From the NCBI GenBank assembly GCA_005882335.1, contig VBAP01000005.1, forward strand, positions 53,217 through 75,583: DNA of 22,367 bases, in the 5' to 3' direction. Both the position numbers and the translations under genes were made by a program. A model generated the notes under the pieces. The model had not been told where the DNA came from. It was given only the letters and a program-made list of their open reading frames with translations, and did no database searches. The stretch is from Candidatus Segetimicrobium genomatis. GTDB lineage: Bacteria > Sysuimicrobiota > Sysuimicrobiia > Sysuimicrobiales > Kaftiobacteriaceae. Shown here piece by piece: positions 8,501 to 18,012 of this stretch. Position 1 is the stretch's first letter. Each line of letters begins with the position of its first letter.

Positions 8501-8523
8501 AGTTCGTTGAAAGCAAATCGACG

Positions 8524-9894
<1,371 letters not shown>

Positions 9895-9967
9895 TCAAAC
9901 CCGACAGAATAGCCCGTTTCCCCATTACTCATACGCAAAGTTGGGAAAAATCGAATGAGGGGCTTGC

Positions 9968-11116
9968 ATGCCAGCGACCCAGACCGACGCACGCCAGCGC
10001 GATAGCACAGTTCCAGCCGTCACTCGCCGCCGGGGCAATTCCGTCATTCGCGAGCTGGTGGCGCATCTCCGTGAGCACCGCACCCGCCTGCGGATGGAGT
10101 GGGCACAACGGATCATCGAGGCCCGCCTGCTTACCGCGATGAACCGGAAGGAGGTCGCCGCTGAGGTGGCCTCCATTTACGACAACTATGTGAAGGCGCT
10201 GCAGACCGGGACGTTCGAAGTGCTACAGGCGTATGCGCAAGACCTCTCCGAGCGTATTATCCCGCGGGGCGTGCAAACTCACGAGGTCGTCGGGATCGTC
10301 TTGCTGCTGCGCGACGTACTGGCGCGCTCATTGTTTGCAAAGTACCAGGCCGACCCGGCGCGACTCGATCGCGTGCTGAACGCCTACGAACCGGCGGCCA
10401 ACCGCATTGCCACGACGGTGGCCGTCAGCTTCGTGGAAGAGCGCGAGCGGATCATCCGCCGCCAGCGCGAGACTGAAGAGGTGCTGCGCCGCCTGAACGA
10501 GGCGCTGGAGGAGGAGGCGAAGCGGATCGCCCTCGCCCTCCACGATGAAGCGGGACAGATGCTCGCCGCCGTCCATCTCGCCGTGGCAGAGATCGCTCAC
10601 GACCTTCCGGCACCCGCCGCAGACCGGCTGGACAAGGTCCAGCAACTGCTGAAAGAAGTGGAGTCGCAGTTGCGCCGACTGAGCCACGAGCTGCGCGCGC
10701 CGATGTTGGACACGCATGGCCTTGTGCCGGCCCTGGAGTTTCTGGCCGAAGGCGTTCACCAGCGTACCAGGCTGCGCATCAGCGTGGGCGGGTCGACGGG
10801 GGGGCAGGTGCCGCCACTCGTCGAGACGGCGATCTATCGCAGTGTGCAGGAAGCGCTGAACAACGTGGCCCGGCACGCGCACGCCACTAAGGTGAAGGTG
10901 GACATACACCGCACCAACAACACGGTCCGGTGCGTGGTGACAGACGACGGTGTAGGGTTCGACGTCGAGGCCGTCACCGGCCGCAATGGGCGCCGCGGGC
11001 TCGGGCTGCTGGGGATCCGCGAGCGGGTGGAAGTGCTCGGTGGGCAGGCGCAGATTCTCTCTGCCCCTGGGCGAGGGACGAAATTGACGATGGCACTGCC
11101 TGTGGGCGTCTCATGA
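9968..11116 (+). CDS. Cytoplasmic sensor histidine kinase, NarL/DesK-type (HisKA_3 + HATPase_c). It has an ~180-aa N-terminal helical sensory domain of unclear type and no transmembrane segments.
   Basis: H-box IALALHDEAGQML. ATPase N, G1 and G2 boxes (ALNNVARHA, DDGVGFD, GLGLLGIRERV). A GAGGGG Shine-Dalgarno sequence lies 6 nt upstream of the ATG. Confidence 0.85.
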   Translation: MPATQTDARQRDSTVPAVTRRRGNSVIRELVAHLREHRTRLRMEWAQRIIEARLLTAMNRKEVAAEVASIYDNYVKALQTGTFEVLQAYAQDLSERIIPRGVQTHEVVGIVLLLRDVLARSLFAKYQADPARLDRVLNAYEPAANRIATTVAVSFVEERERIIRRQRETEEVLRRLNEALEEEAKRIALALHDEAGQMLAAVHLAVAEIAHDLPAPAADRLDKVQQLLKEVESQLRRLSHELRAPMLDTHGLVPALEFLAEGVHQRTRLRISVGGSTGGQVPPLVETAIYRSVQEALNNVARHAHATKVKVDIHRTNNTVRCVVTDDGVGFDVEAVTGRNGRRGLGLLGIRERVEVLGGQAQILSAPGRGTKLTMALPVGVS

Positions 11117-11745
11117 CGCAACGGATCCTACTGGCCGACGATCATCAAATCGTACGTCAGGGGCTGCGGTCGCTACTGGAGCGGGAAGGTTACGAGATCG
11201 TCGCTGAAGCCAGCAACGGGCCGGAGGCGATTCAACTGGCCAGGGACACGCGGCCCGATATCGTGGTGCTGGACCTGGCGATGCCGCTCATGAATGGTCT
11301 GGATGCCGCGCGGGAGATCCGCAAGAACTCGACGCAGACCAAGGTCATCCTCCTCACGATGTACGCGGAAGACCACTACGTCCTGGAGGCGCTGCAGGGA
11401 GGTATCTCAGGGTACGTGCTGAAGACGCAGGCGGCGCCAGACCTGGCGCAGGCCCTCGGGGAAGTCGCCCGCGGCTCCATCTATCTGAGTCCCGGGGTAT
11501 CCCGTACGGTCGTGGATGCGTTCCTGACCAAGAGCGACGTGATGCCTGACCCGCTCACCCCGCGGGAACGGCAGATTTTGCAACTTGTCGCAGAGGGGAA
11601 GACCACCAAGGAGATCGCGGGGCTGCTGGGCATCCGGGTAAAGACCGCGGAATCGCACCGCACCCGCATTATGAAAAAGCTGGACATCCACCAGACCGCC
11701 GGCCTGGTCCGGTATGCCATCCGCCGCGGGTTGATCCAGACCTAG
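11113..11745 (+). CDS. NarL/FixJ-family response regulator (REC + LuxR-type HTH). The true start is the ATG at 11113, which overlaps the kinase stop (ATGA). The track ORF starting at 10930 is over-extended.
   Basis: Receiver-domain motifs (LLADDH, VVLDLAMP) and the C-terminal LuxR HTH (LTPRERQILQLVAEGKTTKEIAGLLGIRVKTAESHR). Confidence 0.85.
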   Translation: MTQRILLADDHQIVRQGLRSLLEREGYEIVAEASNGPEAIQLARDTRPDIVVLDLAMPLMNGLDAAREIRKNSTQTKVILLTMYAEDHYVLEALQGGISGYVLKTQAAPDLAQALGEVARGSIYLSPGVSRTVVDAFLTKSDVMPDPLTPRERQILQLVAEGKTTKEIAGLLGIRVKTAESHRTRIMKKLDIHQTAGLVRYAIRRGLIQT

Positions 11746-11765
11746 CTTCCAAGGAAGAGGGACAA

Positions 11766-11811
11766 GGGAAGAAGGAAGAGGGGTCAGGGCAGTTCCCTCT
11801 TCCTTCTTCCC
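11766..11811 (+). terminator. Intrinsic-terminator-like hairpin after the response regulator gene: an 18-bp stem (GGGAAGAAGGAAGAGGGG / CCCTCTTCCTTCTTCCC) with an 11-nt loop and no U-tract.
   Basis: Direct reading. Perfect complementarity. Confidence 0.6.
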
Positions 11812-11887
11812 TCTTCCCTAGAAAGATAGGAATCCCCCGCCGCCACCAGGAAGACTAAGTATTGGGCGTTTGTGAGGAGGTGTGGGC

Positions 11888-12763
11888 ATGCCCGCGCTGT
11901 TGGGCTTAGGGTATCTTGTTGCCGGGGTCATCGTCGGTATCTCGTTGTTAAGCTCGGCAATCAAGATCGTGCGGGAGTACCAGCGGCTGGTGGTGTTCCG
12001 GCTGGGCCGATCGGTGGGGAAGAAGGGCCCCGGCGTGGTCTTCCTGTGGCCCGTGATCGACCGGGCGGTTTGGGTGGACCTGCGAGAGTTCTTCCTGGAA
12101 ATCCCTTCCCAGACGTGTATCACCAAGGATAACGCGCCGATCAACATCGACTTCCTGATCTACTTCAAGGTCTTCGAGCCGGACCTGTCGGTTATCCAGG
12201 TGACCGACTTCGCCGGCGCCGCGAGAGGCATCGCCACCACCACCCTGCGCGCCGTCGTCGGAGACATCAGCCTCGATGATGTGCTGGCCAAACGCGAGCA
12301 AATCAACCAGGTGCTGCGGACCAAGCTCGACGAGGTCACCGAGCGCTGGGGCGTCAAGGTGACGACGGTGGAAATCCGCGAAATCCTCCCGCCGCGGGAG
12401 GTGCAAGAGGCGATGACCAGGCAGATGTCCGCCGAGCGCAGCCGCCGCGCCGTGGTCACCGAGGCCCTGGGCAATAGGGAAGCGGCCGTGACCGTCGCCG
12501 AGGGCCAGAAGCAGGCGGCGATTCTGAAAGCGGAAGGTGATCGTCAGGCTGCGATTCTGCGGGCCGAGGGCTTCTCACTGGCGCTGGACAAGATCTTTAG
12601 CGTGGCCAAGAACATCGACAGCAAGACCCTGACGCTGCAGTACCTCGAGGCATTGAAGGCGCTGGGCGAAGGCGCGGCCACCAAATTCATCTTCCCGCTG
12701 GAGTTTACGAAACTGCTGCAGCCCATCACAGATTTCGCGAAAGACGCTGGGGAACAGAAGTAA
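11888..12763 (+). CDS. SPFH/band-7 (stomatin/prohibitin-like) membrane protein. The likely start is ATG at 11888, 7 nt after a GAGGAGG Shine-Dalgarno sequence. The track's GTG at 11882 is 2 codons upstream.
   Basis: N-terminal transmembrane helix, then an SPFH domain (IKIVREYQRLVVFRLGR...ITKDNAPINIDFLIYFKV) and a coiled-coil A/E/Q-rich C-terminal region. Confidence 0.8.
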   Translation: MPALLGLGYLVAGVIVGISLLSSAIKIVREYQRLVVFRLGRSVGKKGPGVVFLWPVIDRAVWVDLREFFLEIPSQTCITKDNAPINIDFLIYFKVFEPDLSVIQVTDFAGAARGIATTTLRAVVGDISLDDVLAKREQINQVLRTKLDEVTERWGVKVTTVEIREILPPREVQEAMTRQMSAERSRRAVVTEALGNREAAVTVAEGQKQAAILKAEGDRQAAILRAEGFSLALDKIFSVAKNIDSKTLTLQYLEALKALGEGAATKFIFPLEFTKLLQPITDFAKDAGEQK

Positions 12764-12765
12764 CA

Positions 12766-12799
12766 CGTTGAAACGTTGGAACGCTTCAACGTTTCAACG
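12766..12799. terminator. Bidirectional terminator hairpin between the convergent SPFH gene and ABC ATPase gene: a perfect 13-bp stem (CGTTGAAACGTTG-8 nt-CAACGTTTCAACG).
   Basis: Direct reading. Confidence 0.6.
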
Positions 12800-12806
12800 C
12801 ACTTCC

Positions 12807-13907
12807 TCAGAGAATCGCCTGCTGCGTCTCCGGATTGAAGAGATGCATCTTCCGCATGTTGAAGATGACCTCGACGCTGTCCCCCATCCGGGCCTGGGTG
12901 CGGGCATCGACGCGGGCGACGATAGAGTGCGCGCCGGCGGTGAGATAGAGGATGGAGTCTGACCCCAGCGGCTCGTGCACATCGACGGTGGCCTTGATGG
13001 TCCACGCCGGCTGCGCGCCGTTGGCCATCGCCCGGTCTGCAATGTCTTCCGGCCGCACGCCGAAGACGACGCGCCGGCCGGCCCACGGCCTGGCCTGGGA
13101 CACCAGGTCGGGCGGCACCTCCAGCCGGAAGCTTCCCGCGTCAATGAGCAACTTCCCGCCGGCATCGGCGAGCGCGGAGTCGATGAAGTTCATCGCCGGG
13201 CTGCCGATGAACCCTGCCACGAACAGGTTGGCGGGCCGGTCATAGAGGTTGAGGGGCGTATCGACCTGCTGGACCAGGCCATCTTTCATCACCACAATGC
13301 GGTCCCCCATCGTCATCGCCTCGACCTGGTCGTGGGTGACATAGATCGTGGTGGTTTGCAGCCGGGCGTGCAGCTTCTTGATTTCGGCCCGCGTCTGCAC
13401 CCGCAGCTTCGCGTCCAGATTACTCAGCGGCTCGTCCATCAGGAAGACCTGGGGCTCGCGAACGATAGCCCGGCCCAGCGCCACGCGCTGCCGCTGGCCG
13501 CCGGATAGCTGCTTGGGTTTGCGGTCCAGCAGCCTCTCAATCCCCAGCATCTCGGCCGCTTCCTTGACCCGCCGGTCGATCTCCGTCTTGGGATATTTGC
13601 GCAGCCGCAGCCCGAACGCCATGTTGTCGTACACCGTCATGTGCGGGTACAGCGCATAGTTTTGGAATACCATGGCGATGTCTCGGTCCTTGGGTGGGAC
13701 GTCATTTACCCGGCGTTCGCCGATGAAGATATCGCCGGCAGTCGCCTCCTCGAGCCCGGCGATGAGGCGCAGCGCCGTCGTCTTGCCGCAACCCGATGGA
13801 CCGACCAGCACGGTAAACTGCTTGTCAGGAATCTCCAGCGTGATCTCGTTCACCGCGGTCACGGCGCCGAATTTCTTGGTCACACCCGCTAGCTGAACCC
13901 TCGCCAC
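12807..13907 (-). CDS. Sugar ABC transporter ATP-binding protein of the MalK/MsiK/UgpC type, with a C-terminal TOBE/regulatory domain (GTG start). No permease or binding-protein genes are adjacent.
   Basis: Walker A (GPSGCGKTT), Q-loop, ABC signature (LSGGQRQRVALGRA), Walker B (LMDEPLSNLD), H-loop. A GGAGGGG Shine-Dalgarno sequence lies 6 nt upstream of the GTG. Confidence 0.9.
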   Translation of the reverse strand: MARVQLAGVTKKFGAVTAVNEITLEIPDKQFTVLVGPSGCGKTTALRLIAGLEEATAGDIFIGERRVNDVPPKDRDIAMVFQNYALYPHMTVYDNMAFGLRLRKYPKTEIDRRVKEAAEMLGIERLLDRKPKQLSGGQRQRVALGRAIVREPQVFLMDEPLSNLDAKLRVQTRAEIKKLHARLQTTTIYVTHDQVEAMTMGDRIVVMKDGLVQQVDTPLNLYDRPANLFVAGFIGSPAMNFIDSALADAGGKLLIDAGSFRLEVPPDLVSQARPWAGRRVVFGVRPEDIADRAMANGAQPAWTIKATVDVHEPLGSDSILYLTAGAHSIVARVDARTQARMGDSVEVIFNMRKMHLFNPETQQAIL

Positions 13908-13932
13908 CTGAACCCCTCCAGTAACGACTCAG

Positions 13933-13945
13933 GGGAAAATTTCCC
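13933..13945. promoter_or_regulatory. Near-perfect palindrome GGGAAA-a-TTTCCC, 25-40 nt upstream of the ABC ATPase start. Candidate operator.
   Basis: Direct reading. It lies in the 84-bp gap between the isomerase stop and the ATPase start. Confidence 0.25.
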
Positions 13946-13957
13946 GTTCCATTCGCT

Positions 13958-13980
13958 GTATCCCTCTATCCCCTATCCCT
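13958..13980. repeat. Three tandem TATCCC(Y) units (GGGATA on the minus strand) just downstream of the PGI/PMI stop and upstream of the ATPase gene. Candidate direct-repeat regulator binding site.
   Basis: Direct reading: tatccctc tatcccc tatccct. Confidence 0.3.
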
Positions 13981-13991
13981 TTAAACCGCCG

Positions 13992-15047
13992 TTATCCTTT
14001 GGCAAGCCGTTTCTTAAGTTCATCAATCACCGGAACAGGAGTGGGGTCCACGCCTCGCAGCAGGGCCAGGTACCAGCTGACAAAATCGCCGATCAGAATA
14101 GCCGACAGCAGCCGGGCCAGCTTCCCCGTCCCGATCGCGTGCGCCTCGTCGACCCCTCCTGCCCGCGAAAATGCCAGCTCCCTCGTGATCGCCGCGCGCA
14201 ACGCCAGCCGCGGCGGCTCGACCGCGTCGCGCAGGATGATCACATGCAGCATCCGCGCCAGGGCGTCATCCAGGCCCCAGCCCACCGTTTCATTGTGGTT
14301 CAGTTCCGGGAACGTATTCCAAACCGCGAACGTCTTGGCGTTTTCGTTAAACTGGTCCTTCCACCGCTCCGCCGCCGGCTCCAGGAACGGGACGGCGCTG
14401 TATATCACCGGAACCCGCCCCACCAGCGTTTCCGCCAGGCGCCGTGCGGAACTGTCGGGCCGATCCGGGCCGTGTTCGTCTGTGACACGCTGCAGCGCCT
14501 GCACCGCCTCCCGCAGATCTGCGTCGAACGCTCGCACCACGCCGATCCTGCTGAGCATCGCCAGCATCGGCAGGAAGAGATACGGGAGCGCGGCGCGCGG
14601 CGGGAGCCCCTTGGGCACGACAATGGCCGTATGCCGGCGCACCTGCGCGCGCCGGAGCAGTTCGCCGCCAGAGGTAATCACCACGCACGGCGCCTCGCGC
14701 TGCACGGCCTCGTCATACGCCGCCAGCGTCTCTTCGGTCTCCCCGGAGTAGCTGCAGGCGAACACCAGCGTCTGGGGGCCCACAAACGCGGGCGCACGGT
14801 ACTCTTTGATCGAGGCGACCGGGACTGTCGCCTCGTCGAACACCACGGCGCGCAACAGATCCCCGCCGATCCCCGACCCACCCATCCCCAAGGCCACGAC
14901 GGCCTGCGGCGATTTTATGCTCCCCGCGAGCGGCGCCAGCGCCCAGGCCTCCTCGCACATCAGGGGAAAGCGCATGATCAGGTCCATCATGCGCTGAGGA
15001 TCGCGGGACGCGAGGGCAGTAGGATCAAACCTCATGGCGGTGCACAC
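13992..15047 (-). CDS. Bifunctional phosphoglucose/phosphomannose isomerase-type SIS-domain protein. The start may be GTG at 15047 or ATG at 15035.
   Basis: Tandem SIS-like segments (VVALGMGGSGIGGDL, VFACSYSGETEET) and the overall length and architecture match the archaeal-type PGI/PMI family. Confidence 0.7.
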   Translation of the reverse strand: MCTAMRFDPTALASRDPQRMMDLIMRFPLMCEEAWALAPLAGSIKSPQAVVALGMGGSGIGGDLLRAVVFDEATVPVASIKEYRAPAFVGPQTLVFACSYSGETEETLAAYDEAVQREAPCVVITSGGELLRRAQVRRHTAIVVPKGLPPRAALPYLFLPMLAMLSRIGVVRAFDADLREAVQALQRVTDEHGPDRPDSSARRLAETLVGRVPVIYSAVPFLEPAAERWKDQFNENAKTFAVWNTFPELNHNETVGWGLDDALARMLHVIILRDAVEPPRLALRAAITRELAFSRAGGVDEAHAIGTGKLARLLSAILIGDFVSWYLALLRGVDPTPVPVIDELKKRLAKG

Positions 15048-15147
15048 TTTTCGGCGGCGTTGGCGCGAACCCTGCCGCCGACAGGCGGTCGGGCGGTGGC
15101 GGAACTACTGCCGCGATTTCGCGACGGCGCGACCGCTTGACCGCGCG

Positions 15148-15552
15148 ATGAAGGGGACTCTCTATGCCCCCGCGCGAATTTGGCGAGTGATGAGTGAACT
15201 TCCGTTCGCCGGGAGTCTGCGGCTGTCGGGCTCGGACGTCAGGAAGCTCCGCGAGCTGCGGGAACAGGTCAAGATCGCGTCGCTGCAGCTTCCCATGCCG
15301 CTGCAGCGGAAGCTGCTGGAGCTGATGGAGCAGGCGCGGCCCTGGAGCGTCTCGCCCCGGCCCGTTCCGGAGATGACGCGCGGGGAAGTAATCCGTGCCA
15401 TCCGCTGGCGGTTGGGCACGCTGCCGCTCAATGGCGTCATTGCGGCGGCCAAGTTCGTCGTGCAACACAGGCGACGGGGTCGCCCCGCCGCATCCGCTGC
15501 GCCGCAGAGAGCCGGCGAGCCGTCACGGTCCCGCCGGCTGAGGTCGTTATGA
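15148..15552 (+). CDS. Hypothetical small protein, predicted helical and K/E/L-rich in the middle with an R-rich C-terminus. The start is uncertain: 15034, 15148 or 15190.
   Basis: Only the plus frame gives a protein-like translation in the divergent gap between the isomerase and the glycoside hydrolase. There is no good Shine-Dalgarno sequence. Minus-strand ORFs here are R/S/P-rich junk. Confidence 0.35.
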   Translation: MKGTLYAPARIWRVMSELPFAGSLRLSGSDVRKLRELREQVKIASLQLPMPLQRKLLELMEQARPWSVSPRPVPEMTRGEVIRAIRWRLGTLPLNGVIAAAKFVVQHRRRGRPAASAAPQRAGEPSRSRRLRSL

Positions 15553-15592
15553 GCTGTACGTACGGGATGCGCCGCGTGGAGGCGGGCGCGCG

Positions 15593-17392
15593 GTGACGGC
15601 ACGGAAGCCTGCCGCGCCGCCGGACAACGAGGAGCGTCCAGACTACTTCGCATTGCTGCGCGACCGCTACGATCTCACCGCGGTCCCCTTTACCGACCGC
15701 GCCAGCCGGTTGTTGCTGTTTCTGGATCCAGATCGAAAAGCGTTCCACGTCCGCGTCTCCGAACGATGGCCGCGGCTGGACTACGTGGAAGGCGACTACC
15801 GTACCCGCCGGCCGATCGTGCGCGATCTGCGTCCCACCGACGGCGACGGCCGGCCGCTGCCCTTCACCCTGACCAGCTTTCCGCACCGCGTCGAATTGGT
15901 CACCGAGCACGGGCCGTTTGCGATGGTCTTCGCCGACCCCGAGGTGTTGCTGATCACCGTGCCTCCAGGCCGTGTGGGGGTGCAGTGTCTGGTCCGCGCC
16001 GAACACGGCGCCGCGGACCGGCGAGGGGCGCACTTCCGAGGGGTGCGCAACGTGGCCCTGACTACGAATGCGCGCCTGCTCAGCAACGCAGTTGAACCGC
16101 AGGGCGTGCACTATCGTGTCGACCTGCGTGTGGACGCCGGGACGGACGCGGCGGTCTCGCTGAACATCACCCCGCGGCTGGGATTCAATCGCGGCCTGCA
16201 CCCGCAGGCGGCGCTCGCTGAGAGCGAGCACCAATGGCGGCGCTGGTTCGAGGCGGCCCCGCCGGTCCATTCCAGGTACCACCTCCCCTACTACTATGCC
16301 TGGTGGATCATGCGCGCCGGCCTGGTCAGCTCGCGATATTACCTAACCCGCGAAGCGATGGTCCCGTCCAAGGTCCGCTACGTGGGCGTGTGGCAGTGGG
16401 ACGCATTCTTTCACGCGCTGGCCTACCGCTACGTCGACCTCAGACTCGCCAGCGACCAGTTTCGCATCTTCATCGACCATCAACGCCCCGACGGGATGCT
16501 GCCCGACGCCGTCTACGATGAGGGGGTAATTGACCACCTGGCGTATCCCGTGGACGCGCCGGTCACCAAGCCGCCGATGGCGGCCTGGGCCGCATGGAAG
16601 GTCTACCAGACCACCGGGGATCTGGACTTCCTGGCGGAGATCTACGCCCCGCTGGTGCGGTGGAACGAGTGGTGGTTCACACACGCCGACGACGACCGCG
16701 ACGGCATCGCCCAGTATTCGCATCCCTTCTCGTCCGGTTTCGACGACAGCCCGCTGTGGGACGCCGGGATGCCGGTGGAGTCACCGGATCTCTCGACGTA
16801 CCTGTGCCTGCACATGGAGGCGCTGGCCGGGATGGCCGAGGCGCTCGGGGAAACCGAGGACGCTGTGAGATTCCGCGCCCGCGCCGACGACCTGGTCCCG
16901 CGGATGATCGAGCATTTCTATGATCCGCAGGCCGGGGTGTTTTGGGCCATGCGGCCGACCGACCAGGGGCACCGCCGCGTGGAGGTGCTCACCTCACTCA
17001 ACCTGTTCCCGCTGTGGACCGGCCGCCTGCCGCCCGCCGTGGCCCAGCGACTGGTGGATCATCTCACGAATCCGGAGGCGTTTTGGACGCGCTTTCCGAT
17101 CCCCAGCGTGGCCCGCAGTGATCCCGCGTTCAACCCCACCCAGATGTGGAGGGGCCCGGTCTGGGTCAACATCAATTACCTGTTTGTGGAGGCGTTGCAG
17201 CGGGCTGGATTTCCCGACCTGGCGCGGCAACTGTGTGACTCCACCCTGGACCTCGTCGCCGGGTCCGCCGACATGCGGGAATACTACCATCCCGAAACGG
17301 GACAGCCACCACCGCAGGCCGCACCCTGCCAGGGGTGGACCGCGGCCTGCTTTATCGATCTGGCGATCCGCCGCTCACGGGGGGAGGTGTAG
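15593..17392 (+). CDS. (alpha/alpha)6-barrel glycoside hydrolase, GH63-like. Candidate mannosylglycerate/glucosylglycerate-hydrolase-type enzyme (GTG start).
   Basis: 599 aa. The central region (GVWQWDAFFHALAY..., AWKVYQTTGDLDFLAEIYAPLVRWNEWW, SGFDDSPLWD) is typical of six-hairpin glycosidases. The exact family cannot be fixed without a search. Confidence 0.75.
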   Translation: MTARKPAAPPDNEERPDYFALLRDRYDLTAVPFTDRASRLLLFLDPDRKAFHVRVSERWPRLDYVEGDYRTRRPIVRDLRPTDGDGRPLPFTLTSFPHRVELVTEHGPFAMVFADPEVLLITVPPGRVGVQCLVRAEHGAADRRGAHFRGVRNVALTTNARLLSNAVEPQGVHYRVDLRVDAGTDAAVSLNITPRLGFNRGLHPQAALAESEHQWRRWFEAAPPVHSRYHLPYYYAWWIMRAGLVSSRYYLTREAMVPSKVRYVGVWQWDAFFHALAYRYVDLRLASDQFRIFIDHQRPDGMLPDAVYDEGVIDHLAYPVDAPVTKPPMAAWAAWKVYQTTGDLDFLAEIYAPLVRWNEWWFTHADDDRDGIAQYSHPFSSGFDDSPLWDAGMPVESPDLSTYLCLHMEALAGMAEALGETEDAVRFRARADDLVPRMIEHFYDPQAGVFWAMRPTDQGHRRVEVLTSLNLFPLWTGRLPPAVAQRLVDHLTNPEAFWTRFPIPSVARSDPAFNPTQMWRGPVWVNINYLFVEALQRAGFPDLARQLCDSTLDLVAGSADMREYYHPETGQPPPQAAPCQGWTAACFIDLAIRRSRGEV

Positions 17393-17395
17393 GCC

Positions 17396-17935
17396 GTGAG
17401 CTCCGATCAACTCGCGCGCCTGCGCGAGGCCGTGCAGGGGCTGGAGAATATCATCGCCATCGTGCTGATTCTCCTCGGCGCCGCCGTGGTGCTCCGGCTG
17501 TCGGTGTTGCTCATTCGCCGGACGCTCCTGGCCCGCACCGACCGGCTGCTAGACGAGACCCGGCGCCGTACGCTGCAGCCGCTCCTGGAGAGCCTGGTGA
17601 AGTACGTCGTGTACTTCATCGCCCTGGTCATGATTTTGCGCGAGTTGAACGTCGATGCTACCGCGATCCTGGCCAGCGCGGGCGCCGTGGGCCTGGCGGT
17701 GGGCCTTGGGGCCCAGAGCCTGATGCGGGACGTCATCGCCGGCTTCTTCCTCATCACCGAAGGCCTCATCCACGTCGGCGATGTTATTACGTTCGACGGT
17801 CACACCGGCACCGTCGAGCGCATCAGCATCCGCAAGACGCAAATCCGCACGGCCGGCGGAGAACTCTGGACGATCCCCAACGGGAAACTCGAGGTGTTCG
17901 GGAACAAAGGTCCAACCTCAGGAGCGTCTCGGTGA
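17396..17935 (+). CDS. MscS-family mechanosensitive channel homologue, C-terminally truncated at 179 aa (GTG start, 3 nt after the hydrolase stop).
   Basis: Three transmembrane helices followed by the conserved MscS core (LMRDVIAGFFLITEGLIHVGDVITFDGHTGTVERISIRKTQIRTAGGELWTIPNGK). The ORF stops ~20 aa later. The ~80-100-aa cytoplasmic vestibule domain is absent in all frames. Confidence 0.7.
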   Translation: MSSDQLARLREAVQGLENIIAIVLILLGAAVVLRLSVLLIRRTLLARTDRLLDETRRRTLQPLLESLVKYVVYFIALVMILRELNVDATAILASAGAVGLAVGLGAQSLMRDVIAGFFLITEGLIHVGDVITFDGHTGTVERISIRKTQIRTAGGELWTIPNGKLEVFGNKGPTSGASR

Positions 17936-18012
17936 AGGCTTCGGGTAAGACGAACGCGTGGAGAAGGGGAGCAAATCAGCTGGTCGAACCAGACTGCGTA
18001 GCAGGTCAGCTC

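Noticed and set aside
10930-11112. Upstream extension of the response-regulator ORF.
   Set aside because: It overlaps the histidine-kinase HATPase domain. The ATGA overlap at 11113 gives the canonical MTQRILLADDHQ receiver start.
14139-15140. 333-aa plus-strand ORF.
   Set aside because: Antisense to the PGI/PMI gene.
15437-16282. 281-aa minus-strand ORF.
   Set aside because: Antisense to the glycoside hydrolase gene.
17335-18012. N-terminal 226 residues of track ORF 17335..18681.
   Set aside because: This R/P/G/H-rich read-through overlaps the end of the GH gene and the MscS-like gene in another frame. The lipoprotein signal peptide starts at the ATG at 18013.
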